DNA of 64,000 nt from Pirellulales bacterium (lineage in GTDB: Bacteria > Planctomycetota > Planctomycetia > Pirellulales > Lacipirellulaceae): positions 33,223 through 97,222 of the forward strand of contig JALHQZ010000005.1 in assembly GCA_022841705.1 (NCBI GenBank). The letters run 5' to 3'. This document shows, in pieces, positions 37,650 through 46,058 of the stretch. Numbering within the stretch: position 1 is the first letter of the stretch; each line of letters begins with the position of its first letter. The translations under genes and the position numbers were made by a program. The notes beneath the pieces are model-generated. The model had not been told where the DNA came from and did not search any database. It was given only the letters and a program-made list of their open reading frames with translations.

Positions 37650-38654
37650 ATGGCTAGTAAGAAACGCGTGGCTTTGGTTGGTGGCGGCGGCGGGTTTATC
37701 GGCGGGCATTTGATCGCCAAACTTCGCGATCTTGGGTACGACCAAATTCGCAGTGTCGACATCAAGCCGCTCGACGAGTGGTATCAAGTTCACGACGATG
37801 TCGAAAACATCCAGGCCGACCTGAAGCTCAAAGAAGCCTGCATGGATGCGGTGTCCGGCGTGACCGAAGTCTACAACCTAGCCGCCGACATGGGTGGCAT
37901 GGGGTTCATCGAGAACAACCGCGCACTGTGCATGCTCAGCGTGCTCATCAACACGCATCTCTTGGAAGCGGCCAAGGAAATTGGCGGCGTCGATAAGTTC
38001 TTCTACGCTTCGAGCGCTTGCGTGTACAACGCCGATAAGCAGAAGTGCGAAGACGTGGTCCCCCTCAAAGAAGAAGACGCCTACCCCGCGATGCCGGAAG
38101 ATGGCTACGGTTGGGAAAAGCTCTTTAGCGAACGGATGTGCCGCCACTTCCGCGAAGACTTTGGCCTGACGACCCGCGTGGCCCGGTTCCATAACGTCTA
38201 CGGCCCTTACGGCACGTGGGATGGCGGCCGCGAAAAGGCGCCCGCCGCGGTTTGCCGGAAGGTCATCACCGCCAAGGAGAGCGGCAAGCACGAAATCGAA
38301 ATCTGGGGCGACGGCAAACAAACCCGCAGCTTCATGTACATCGACGATTGTGTGGAAGGCATTCTGAAGATCACCAACTCGAACATCCTCGAGCCGATCA
38401 ATCTGGGCAGCGACGAAGTGGTGACGATCAACGGGTTGGTCGACATCGTCGAAGAGATCGCCGGCATCAAGCTGAAGCGCAACTACAACCTGTCGGCACC
38501 CAAGGGCGTGAACGGCCGCAACAGCGACAACACCAAGATTCTCGATTACTTGGGTTGGGAACCAGGCATCAGCCTCCGCGAAGGAATGGCCAAAACCTAC
38601 GACTGGATTTACGGCGAGTACAGCAAGACGCACGGGTTGGCTGTGGCGCGGTAA
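37650..38654 (+). CDS. NAD-dependent epimerase, GDP-mannose 3,5-epimerase-like
   Basis: GGGGFIGGHL (Rossmann fold) and a long match to the GME family (GYGWEKL, FHNVYGPYGTWDGGREKAPAAVCRK, IWGDGKQTRSF, IDDCVEG). The ORF opens at TTG 37629, but the first ATG is 37650. Confidence 0.75.
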   Translation: MASKKRVALVGGGGGFIGGHLIAKLRDLGYDQIRSVDIKPLDEWYQVHDDVENIQADLKLKEACMDAVSGVTEVYNLAADMGGMGFIENNRALCMLSVLINTHLLEAAKEIGGVDKFFYASSACVYNADKQKCEDVVPLKEEDAYPAMPEDGYGWEKLFSERMCRHFREDFGLTTRVARFHNVYGPYGTWDGGREKAPAAVCRKVITAKESGKHEIEIWGDGKQTRSFMYIDDCVEGILKITNSNILEPINLGSDEVVTINGLVDIVEEIAGIKLKRNYNLSAPKGVNGRNSDNTKILDYLGWEPGISLREGMAKTYDWIYGEYSKTHGLAVAR

Positions 38655-38689
38655 ACGCTTGCTGGAATTCCACCAGACAAACCACGAAA

Positions 38690-38856
38690 GCGAATGTTTC
38701 ACGTGAAACATTCGCTTTTTCATGCGCCGACTTGAAAAATGTTTCACGTGAAACAATTTGGTCACTCCGCTTCCTGACGGGCGCGGCTCGAAAAAATGTT
38801 TCACGTGAAACAATTTCCCCCTGAGGCCCGCCGTGAATTGTTTCACGTGAAACATT
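38690..38856. promoter_or_regulatory. array of four perfect palindromes sharing the core AATGTTTCACGTGAAACA (copy 1 is a 26-bp perfect palindrome GCGAATGTTTCACGTGAAACATTCGC)
   Basis: Copies lie at 38690-38715, 38738-38758, 38795-38815 and 38836-38856, with centre-to-centre spacing 45, 57 and 42 bp. The region is AT-rich in a GC-rich genome and lies 170-330 bp upstream of the ELWxxDGT giant gene. Confidence 0.85.
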
Positions 38857-38863
38857 CCAAACG

Positions 38864-38916
38864 GGGGGTGGCCACAATTTGGGCTTGACAGGGGGTGGCT
38901 ACAATTTGGGGTTGAC
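38864..38916. repeat. tandem 26-27-bp direct repeat GGGGGTGGCYACAATTTGGGSTTGAC x2
   Basis: The copies are 38864-38889 and 38891-38916. Each contains a TTGAC hexamer. The repeat is immediately downstream of the palindrome array and ~105 bp upstream of the 39023 start. Confidence 0.8.
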
Positions 38917-39022
38917 GGGGCTTTTCCGCGGGCGAATGTTTGCCGCCAACGCGGCCGGCGGGTAGACTCAGAAGCTGTGCCTTCTTGACCGCCCGGCGCC
39001 TCCTTTCTCGCCTGCCAGCTCG

Positions 39023-42000
39023 ATGCCCTCTCGCGATCACCACCACCGGAAGCTGCGCTTTGAGACGCTGGAATCCCGCGCGATGTTAGCGGGGGATTTG
39101 GAGTTGGTGAAGGATATTAACCCCAGTCCAACCGGCACAAGTAGTTCGCCGAGTAACCTGGTCGATGTGAGTGGGGTGCTCTTCTTCGTCGTCAATGATG
39201 GGGCCAACGGCGAAGAGTTGTGGAAGAGCGACGGCACCGAAGCCGGCACTGTGATGGTGAAGGACATTTTCCTGGGCGGACCTTCATCGCCGCGGTATTT
39301 GACTAATGTTGGTGGCATCTTGTACTTTTCCGCTAACGACGGAGTGCATGGGAGTGAACTTTGGAAGAGCGATGGCACGGAAGCCGGGACGGTGATGGTG
39401 AAGGACGTGCGCCCCGGTTTCGTAGGTTCCGGCCCGAGCCAACTAATCAATCTTGCAGGGCAACTCGTTTTCGCCGCCAGCGATGGAAGCGTTGGTCAAG
39501 AGTTATGGCGCTCGGACGGCAGCGAGACTGGTACAGTTCTCGTTCGCGATATTCGTGAAGGCTCATCAAGCAGTAATCCGCGTTATTTTGGTGAGTCGGG
39601 AGGCATCGTCTATTTTCGTGCGAACGATGGTCTAACTGGCGAAGAGCTTTGGAGAAGCGATGGAACTAGCGCTGGCACTGGGCTGGTGAAGGATATTCGC
39701 ACCGGCTCGGCAAGCTCCGATCCCCGGCGATTCACGAGTCATCAAGGTGAAGTCTTTTTTGTCGCGAATGATGGGATGACTGGCGCTGAGCTTTGGAGAA
39801 CCGATGGCACGGCTTCAGGAACGATGCTGGTTCGAGATGTGTTCGTTGGGTCTGGCGGCGCAGACATCACGAGTTTGGCTTCAGTAGGAACCACGTTGTT
39901 TTTTGCGGCTCGCGGGAACGGAACTGCTGGCAAAGAACTTTGGAAAACGGATGGCACTTCGACAGGGACTGTGCTCGTTAAAGACATCCAAAGTTTAGGA
40001 TCTTCGTATCCTTCATCTCTGACGAATGTCTCTGGGGTGTTGTTTTTTCGAGCGACTGATAGCTTCGGAGACGCAGGACTCTGGAAAAGCGACGGCACTG
40101 AGTTGGGAACGCAAATTCTCACTCGCACAGATGCAAGCGCGTTCTTGAACTTCGCAGGTACTCTTTACTTCCGAGGCAATGGCGGTCAAGAAATCTGGAA
40201 ATCTGACGGGACAGTAGCAGGAACAATCATTGTCAAAGCGAACGATGCGAGCTACTTCACAACGGCGCCTCAACCTCTGGTAGCGGTAGGTAGTGCGATA
40301 TTCTTCCGTGCCCACGATGATAGTCATGGAGCAGAACTATGGACCAGCGATACCTCAAATGAGGGAACTAAACTGGTGCGAGATATTCGCACGGCGGGAG
40401 GCTCGGTAGGGACGGGCGTCGGTGACGCAAGTGTTCTCGATGGAGTAGTTTACTTTTTTGCAAATGATGGAGTTTCGGGCGGATTGTGGAGCAGTAATGG
40501 TTTCGAGGCAAACACTCTGAAAATTTCCCCTCCGGGAGTAACGGGCATCGGTGAAATCGAGGTCGCCGGCTCGGTGCTCTATTTTGTGGCGACTGTAGGC
40601 CAAGATTCCCAGTTATGGAAATCGGATGGCACCACTGCAGGCACTGTACTTGTCAAGGACATGACCCCCAGTTTCCGTCCGTCTTCAATCGGCGAGCTAA
40701 CAAACGTCGAAGGTGTGCTCTACTTCACGGCCACTGACGAAGTATCTGGGTACGAATTATGGAAGAGCGATGGTACGACCACCGGTACGGTCCGCGTTCG
40801 GGACATCAATCCAGGATCAGCAGGTTCGTCGCCCCGATACCTCACGAACGTCAACGGAACGTTGTACTTCACAGCGAACAATGGCGTAACCGGCAGTGAG
40901 TTGTGGAGAAGTGATGGAACAGAGGCGGGAACTGCGCTCGTGAAGGAGATCGTTCCTGGCGCCAATGTTTTTGGACCAGCGTGGCTGACGAATCTCGGCG
41001 ATGTGCTTTATTTTGTCGCGAATGATGGGACGAGCGGAACTGAGCTGTGGAAAAGCGATGGGACATCGGCAGGGACCAATATCGTGGTCGATATTCGCCC
41101 GGGGACACAGAGCGCTGTCCCCCAGTTCTTGACTGCTTCGGACCAAGGGCTTTTCTTCTCAGCTGATAATGGCTCACTAGGAGAAGAATTGTGGATCACG
41201 GATGGCACGGCCGTCGGGACACGGATGGTCAAAGATTTAACTCCCGGATTCGGCCGGGGGTTCTTGGGAGGATTGCAAAAAATCGGCAACTTCGTCGTCT
41301 TCCGAGGCCGTGATGGCTCAACGGGAGTTGAATTGTGGAAAAGCGATGGGACGGAAGTTGGAACCACTCTCGTCAAGGATATCTGGCAAGGCCCAGGAAG
41401 CTCGCTCAGCGAATCAGTCGGCATCATCAACGGCATTCCAAGTGACTTGACGCATTATGTAATGGCTAATGAACAGCTCTATTTTCGGGCGAGGAGTAGC
41501 GCGACCGGCACAGAGTTGTGGACCAGTGATGGCACCGAAACAGGCACGGTGATTGTAAGGGATTTGGTCGCGGGCTCTGGCGGCTCATACCCAACGGGAC
41601 TCTTCGCTGCTGGGGACCGACTGTTTCTTGCTGCGCTCACGCCAGAGATCGGATCTGAACTCTACTCCCTCACCACCATCACCCCGCCGGCCCTCCCCGG
41701 CGATTACACCCGCAACAACATCGTCGATCAAGCGGACTACGATCTCTGGCGTTCGACCTTTGGATCGGCAGTGAATCTGGCGGCGGATGGGAATGATGAT
41801 GGCATCATCGATGCCGCGGATTACACCGTGTGGCGAGACGCGCTACCGGCGCCGATTGCGGTGGCGACGACGGCCGTTAGTGCAATCGCCCCGCAGCCGA
41901 TTGCACCGTCGCCGGAGCGGCGGGTGGCGGTGAAGACGGCGCCGACCGAAGCGCTCCCCCCGCTGACGCGAGGGGCTCATGAACGGAATTATGACGCGGC

Positions 42001-42157
42001 GCGGGAGGCGGTGTTTGCGGAGCTGGGTGAGGCGGAAACGGTGGCGCCGTCGCGGATGAGTGCGAATCCGAACAATAGCCGGGGAGCTACGCTCCGCGGA
42101 GCGCGGCTGTTGCTAAAACCGCACATTTCTCTGGAAACCGCACTCCGCGGAGCGTAG
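39023..42157 (+). CDS. giant secreted ELWxxDGT-repeat protein with a planctomycete N-terminal motif and C-terminal dockerin-like repeats
   Basis: 1044 aa. The N-terminus RKLRFETLESRAMLAG is a planctomycete secretion-associated motif. About 17 tandem ~50-aa units of G.ELWKSDGTEAGT..VKDI.PG..SS.P..LTNV.G.LYF.A.DG follow (ELWxxDGT repeat, beta-propeller-like). The C-terminus carries two dockerin-like EF-hand repeats (NNIVDQADYDLWRSTFG, DGNDDGIIDAADYTVWRDAL). Confidence 0.8.
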   Translation: MPSRDHHHRKLRFETLESRAMLAGDLELVKDINPSPTGTSSSPSNLVDVSGVLFFVVNDGANGEELWKSDGTEAGTVMVKDIFLGGPSSPRYLTNVGGILYFSANDGVHGSELWKSDGTEAGTVMVKDVRPGFVGSGPSQLINLAGQLVFAASDGSVGQELWRSDGSETGTVLVRDIREGSSSSNPRYFGESGGIVYFRANDGLTGEELWRSDGTSAGTGLVKDIRTGSASSDPRRFTSHQGEVFFVANDGMTGAELWRTDGTASGTMLVRDVFVGSGGADITSLASVGTTLFFAARGNGTAGKELWKTDGTSTGTVLVKDIQSLGSSYPSSLTNVSGVLFFRATDSFGDAGLWKSDGTELGTQILTRTDASAFLNFAGTLYFRGNGGQEIWKSDGTVAGTIIVKANDASYFTTAPQPLVAVGSAIFFRAHDDSHGAELWTSDTSNEGTKLVRDIRTAGGSVGTGVGDASVLDGVVYFFANDGVSGGLWSSNGFEANTLKISPPGVTGIGEIEVAGSVLYFVATVGQDSQLWKSDGTTAGTVLVKDMTPSFRPSSIGELTNVEGVLYFTATDEVSGYELWKSDGTTTGTVRVRDINPGSAGSSPRYLTNVNGTLYFTANNGVTGSELWRSDGTEAGTALVKEIVPGANVFGPAWLTNLGDVLYFVANDGTSGTELWKSDGTSAGTNIVVDIRPGTQSAVPQFLTASDQGLFFSADNGSLGEELWITDGTAVGTRMVKDLTPGFGRGFLGGLQKIGNFVVFRGRDGSTGVELWKSDGTEVGTTLVKDIWQGPGSSLSESVGIINGIPSDLTHYVMANEQLYFRARSSATGTELWTSDGTETGTVIVRDLVAGSGGSYPTGLFAAGDRLFLAALTPEIGSELYSLTTITPPALPGDYTRNNIVDQADYDLWRSTFGSAVNLAADGNDDGIIDAADYTVWRDALPAPIAVATTAVSAIAPQPIAPSPERRVAVKTAPTEALPPLTRGAHERNYDAAREAVFAELGEAETVAPSRMSANPNNSRGATLRGARLLLKPHISLETALRGA

Positions 42158-42257
42158 CTCCCCGGCTATTTGGCTCATCGCTAGCTTCTTGAGCGCTCTC
42201 GCCGCATTCCGGCAGTTCTTGCTAGAATGGGGGTCTTGCCTCGGAGGGCCTCGCACG

Positions 42258-42434
42258 ATGAACGGACTCGACATTTGGGATACGCTGCTCGCCGTGGCGG
42301 CGGCGGTGATTGCGGTGTCGTCGCTGGTGACGCTCATGCGGCGGCGGCGGGACCAGCTCGTCGGCGAAGTGCAGCAGCAACTCGCGGCGGCGAAACAAAA
42401 AGCGGCGCAAGCTAAGAAGAAGGGCGCTGCTTAA
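42258..42434 (+). CDS. possible small membrane protein
   Basis: 58 aa with one TM helix (LLAVAAAVIAVSSLVTL) followed by a basic/KA-rich tail. It is upstream of miaB. The call is weak. Confidence 0.3.
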   Translation: MNGLDIWDTLLAVAAAVIAVSSLVTLMRRRRDQLVGEVQQQLAAAKQKAAQAKKKGAA

Positions 42435-42562
42435 ACGGGGGTGGAAAGGTCGAAGGGTGAAAAGGTGGAAAGGTATTCTACGGTAACGTCCTGCCTTCAC
42501 GATTCCCCGTCTGCTATCGCCACCTTTCTACCTTTCGACTCTTCCACCTTTTGACCTCTTTC

Positions 42563-44002
42563 ATGCCTAAGCTCTACATCGAAACCGTCGGCTGCCAGAT
42601 GAACTTGCTCGATAGCGAGCTGGTGGTGGCGAGCTTGCGCAAGGAGGGGTACGAGCTGACTTCCAGCAAAGCGGAAGCGGACACGATTCTGTTCAACACG
42701 TGCAGCGTGCGGCAACATGCGGAGGATAAGATCTACAGCGCGCTGGGCCGCCTGAAGGATGCGAAGAAAAAGAATCCGGAGAAGGTGATTGGGGTGATGG
42801 GCTGCATGGCCCAGAAAGACCAGAAGCTGATTTTTGACCGGGCGCCGTTTGTGGATATTGTCGTTGGGCCGGGGCAACTGCAACGCATTCCGGAGCTGAT
42901 TCGCAACGCGCGGGGGAAGAACGAACATCAACTGGCGGTGAGTCTCGGTCGTAAAGAGGGGACGCGGGACACGATCGAGCGGAGCCACGAGAGTTTCGAT
43001 CCGCTGCGCGACCCCACCATGCGACCGACGCCGTTTCAGGCGTATGTGCGGATCATGATTGGCTGCGATAAGTTCTGCACCTACTGCATCGTGCCAAGCG
43101 TGCGCGGGCCGGAGCAAAGTCGGCCGCCGGCGCATATCATCGCCGAGGCGAAGCAATTGGCCGCCGAGGGGTGCAAGGAAATCAACCTGCTCGGCCAAAC
43201 GGTTAACAGCTACAAGGTTCGCGAAGGGGATCGTACGTGGCGGCTGAGCGATTTGCTCACGGCGCTACACGACATTGAAGGGATCGATCGCTTAAAGTTC
43301 GTCACCAGTTATCCGAAGGATATGACGGACGACCTCTTGGCCGCGGTGCGCGATCTGCCGAAGTGCGCGAAGTATCTGCATGTGCCGGTGCAGAGTGGCA
43401 GCGATGCGGTGCTGAAGCGGATGAAGCGCGGCTATACGGTGGCCGAGTATCGGGAGATGCTGGCCCGGGCGTACGAGTGGATTCCCGGCGTGGCGGTCAC
43501 CAGCGATTTCATCGTCGGCTTCTGCGGCGAGACGGAAGAGGAATTCCAACTGACGATGGACATCGTCCGCGAAAGCCGCTTCAAAAACAGCTTTATTTTT
43601 AAGTACAGCGAACGGCCGGGCACGAAAGGCGCCGAGCTGTATCCGGACGATGTGCCGGAGGAAGTGAAGAAGCGGCGCAACAACGAGCTGCTCGCGCTGC
43701 AAAACGAAATCAGCGAGGAAGATAACCACGCATTCTTAGAACGCCGCGTGGAAGTGTTGGTGGAGGGACCGAGCAAGAGTGAAGAGCGCCGCGGCCATGA
43801 CCATGACCACGAAGGCGGTGAAGGGCACACGCTCCAACTCACCGGCCGGACCATGTGCGACCGGATTGTGGTGTTCGACGGCAACCCCCGGCAGATCGGC
43901 CAAACGCTGCCGATCACCATTTACGACGCCAATGCCCACACGCTGTTCGGCGCTGTGGTGACAGAGCACGTGGGGATGGAGCTGTTTTCGCTGGGGGTTT
44001 AG
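42563..44002 (+). CDS. miaB: tRNA-2-methylthio-N6-dimethylallyladenosine synthase (radical SAM methylthiotransferase)
   Basis: MPKLYIETVGCQMN, the CDKFCTYC radical-SAM cluster motif, and a TRAM domain at the C-terminus. Confidence 0.9.
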   Translation: MPKLYIETVGCQMNLLDSELVVASLRKEGYELTSSKAEADTILFNTCSVRQHAEDKIYSALGRLKDAKKKNPEKVIGVMGCMAQKDQKLIFDRAPFVDIVVGPGQLQRIPELIRNARGKNEHQLAVSLGRKEGTRDTIERSHESFDPLRDPTMRPTPFQAYVRIMIGCDKFCTYCIVPSVRGPEQSRPPAHIIAEAKQLAAEGCKEINLLGQTVNSYKVREGDRTWRLSDLLTALHDIEGIDRLKFVTSYPKDMTDDLLAAVRDLPKCAKYLHVPVQSGSDAVLKRMKRGYTVAEYREMLARAYEWIPGVAVTSDFIVGFCGETEEEFQLTMDIVRESRFKNSFIFKYSERPGTKGAELYPDDVPEEVKKRRNNELLALQNEISEEDNHAFLERRVEVLVEGPSKSEERRGHDHDHEGGEGHTLQLTGRTMCDRIVVFDGNPRQIGQTLPITIYDANAHTLFGAVVTEHVGMELFSLGV

Positions 44003-44023
44003 CTCCCCGTACGATGGGCTCTT

Positions 44024-44119
44024 GTAGGATGGGTTATCCGCGCCAGCGGTAACCCATCGGACGCCAGAGTCGATCTCACCGCGTGATGGGTTACCGCCAA
44101 AGCGGATGACCCCTCCTAC
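44024..44119. repeat. ~100-bp nested palindromic element, family B copy 1 (GTAGGATGGGTTATCCGCG...CGGTAACCCAT...ATGGGTTACCG...GCGGATGACCCCTCCTAC)
   Basis: It lies between the miaB stop (44002) and the DUF4832 gene start (44195). Confidence 0.85.
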
Positions 44120-44194
44120 TTTTTGCGTCATCCCTCGCGATCGGCTAACGTAGCCTCTGGGGAGTTCTTGCACCTAGGCACGCGTGGATTGGTG

Positions 44195-45898
44195 ATGCAC
44201 CGGATACTTCGACGGATTTTGGCCGGAATTGTGCTCGCCCTTGCAACCACCGGGGCGTACGGCCAAGGGGCGCCGGTGACAACGAACTTCAACCCCACCA
44301 GCGACAAGATTCTCAACCCCGAGCGGGGGTTTATGCAGTTCAGCTTCCTCACGGATCCCTGGGAGTATGCGAATATCCGCAATCAGGGGCAGACCATGGT
44401 GTATGCGGGAGTGGTCGCCAGTAGCTATCGCAACGCGCCCCTCAGCACCACGTTTCTCAATCAGATTCAGGCGGGCTTTAACGCTGCGCGGACCAACGGT
44501 ATCAAGGTGAAGTTTCGCCTCGCTTACAACAATGACGGCGGGGCGGACGCGCCGAAGAGTGTCATCCTGGGACACATTGCGCAGCTCGCGCCGCTATGGC
44601 AAGCGAACAAGGATGTGCTGTTTCACCTGGACGCGGGGTTCATCGGGGGGTGGGGCGAATGGCACAGCAGCACCAACGGCAACGACACGCCGGCAAACCG
44701 GGCCGAGATTTTGGGCGCCATTCTCGACGCGCTGCCAGTTGACCGGACGGTGGGCATCCGCACGCCGCACTTCAAGCGCGAAATCTTCGGGGGCTCACAA
44801 TCGTCGGACACGGCGGTTATTACGGCGGCCAACGCGTTTGACGGGAGCGATTTGTCGCGGGTCGGACACCTCAACGATTGTTTCCTCTCTTCATCCACGG
44901 ATTTTGGCACGTACATCAATCCTGGCGGCGTGTGGCCGCTCAGTCGAGAACTGGCCTACATTGGTGGCGAGAGCCGCTTCGTGCCGATGGGGGGCGAAAC
45001 GTGCGCACCGCACTCGCGGAACGACGCCACCGCCGCGATCAACGAGATGACCACGCTGCATACTGATTATCTGAATCTTGATTACCATCCCGATGTGATT
45101 CAGAAATGGAAAACCCAGGGGGGCTTTGATGAGATTGATCGCCGGCTCGGCTATCGGCTTCAACTCAACAGCGCTGCGCTACCAACCACGGTGAAGCCGG
45201 GAGGGCTAATGCCAGTTAATATTAACTTGAGCAACGTGGGCTTCGGCGAGTTGTTCAATCCGCGCAATGTCGAGGTGGTGCTGCGCAACAACACCACGGG
45301 CGCGGTGGTCACCGCGGCGCTCGCGGCCGACCCGCGGTTTTGGTCGGGCGGAACCACGCAGACTCTGGCGACGCAACTGGTGCTGCCGAACGGCTTGGCG
45401 GAAGGGACTTACACTGTGGCGCTGTGGATGCCGGACAAGGAAGTCTCGCTCCGAAACGATGTGCGGTACGCGATTCGGTTCGCCAACACGGGGGTGTGGG
45501 AAGCGAGCACCGGGTACAACGTACTGACGAATTCGTTGATCGTCTCGAGCGCGGCGCCCGGGCCGAACATTGTGGGGGTGACAGTGCTGGCAGAAGCGGC
45601 AAACGTGGCGAATCTCACTTTGGCCGGCGACTTCAACCGGGATGGGGCCGTGGATGCGGCCGACTTCACCACCTGGCGAGATGCGTTAGGCGGTTCTGTG
45701 GTCACACCCTATGCCGGCGCCGATGGCAACGGGAATAGCCAAATCGACGCGGGTGATTTGGCGGTGTGGACTGCGAACTTTGGGACGACGATGCCAGCCA
45801 ACTCGGTGGCGGCGAACGCCGTGCCAGAGCCGGCGGGGTTGATGCTGGTGCTTCTTGTAGGATGCGTATGTAAGATGGGGTATCCGCGTGTGCGGTAA
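44195..45898 (+). CDS. secreted DUF4832/DUF4874-like (glycoside-hydrolase-like) protein with dockerin-like repeats and a PEP-CTERM anchor
   Basis: Start trimmed to MHRILRRILAGIVLALATTGAYGQG (signal peptide). The C-terminal region has GDFNRDGAVDAADFTTWRDALG and DGNGNSQIDAGDLAVWTANFG (dockerin-like), then VPEPAGLMLVLLVGCVCKMGYPRVR (PEP-CTERM). The family call for the N-terminal catalytic-like domain is tentative. Confidence 0.6.
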   Translation: MHRILRRILAGIVLALATTGAYGQGAPVTTNFNPTSDKILNPERGFMQFSFLTDPWEYANIRNQGQTMVYAGVVASSYRNAPLSTTFLNQIQAGFNAARTNGIKVKFRLAYNNDGGADAPKSVILGHIAQLAPLWQANKDVLFHLDAGFIGGWGEWHSSTNGNDTPANRAEILGAILDALPVDRTVGIRTPHFKREIFGGSQSSDTAVITAANAFDGSDLSRVGHLNDCFLSSSTDFGTYINPGGVWPLSRELAYIGGESRFVPMGGETCAPHSRNDATAAINEMTTLHTDYLNLDYHPDVIQKWKTQGGFDEIDRRLGYRLQLNSAALPTTVKPGGLMPVNINLSNVGFGELFNPRNVEVVLRNNTTGAVVTAALAADPRFWSGGTTQTLATQLVLPNGLAEGTYTVALWMPDKEVSLRNDVRYAIRFANTGVWEASTGYNVLTNSLIVSSAAPGPNIVGVTVLAEAANVANLTLAGDFNRDGAVDAADFTTWRDALGGSVVTPYAGADGNGNSQIDAGDLAVWTANFGTTMPANSVAANAVPEPAGLMLVLLVGCVCKMGYPRVR

Positions 45899-45963
45899 CC
45901 CATTGAACGCGACGCTTGACTCCACCGCCGATGGGTTACCGCTCCGCGGATAACCCATCCTAC
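45857..45963. repeat. nested palindromic element, family B copy 2
   Basis: It has the same arm set as copy 1, plus a 14-bp internal duplication. Its first 42 bp encode the last 13 codons and the stop (LVGCVCKMGYPRVR*) of the DUF4832/PEP-CTERM gene. Confidence 0.85.
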
Positions 45964-46058
45964 AAATCGAATCGCGGGCTGCTATACTAAAGCTATCGGT
46001 TACGCAGGCGATTCCTTCGGTTCTTCTCGGCCCTTCTTTCGGGCGCCGCTCCGCGCAC

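Noticed and set aside
37299-37793. 164-aa ORF in the 790-bp fabF-GME intergenic region
   Set aside because: Its composition is not protein-like, it has no motifs, and it overlaps the probable GME promoter. I treat it as non-coding. The small hairpins GGCAGACTTTCTAGTCTGCC (~37283) and GGCAGGCTAGAAAGCCTGCC (~37388) in this spacer were noted but are too short to rate.
38690-38856. Possible CRISPR array, given regularly spaced repeats
   Set aside because: There are only 4 copies. The repeats are themselves perfect palindromes, the spacers have unequal lengths (24-36 bp), no cas genes are nearby, and the location is a gene's 5' region. It fits an operator array, not CRISPR.
38864-38916. TTGACA...TACAAT inside the direct repeats read as a canonical sigma-70 promoter
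   Set aside because: The spacer between TTGACA and TACAAT is only 9 bp, so it does not fit -35/-10 geometry. The TTGAC hexamers may still act as -35 elements with other -10 boxes, but I cannot support a specific promoter call.
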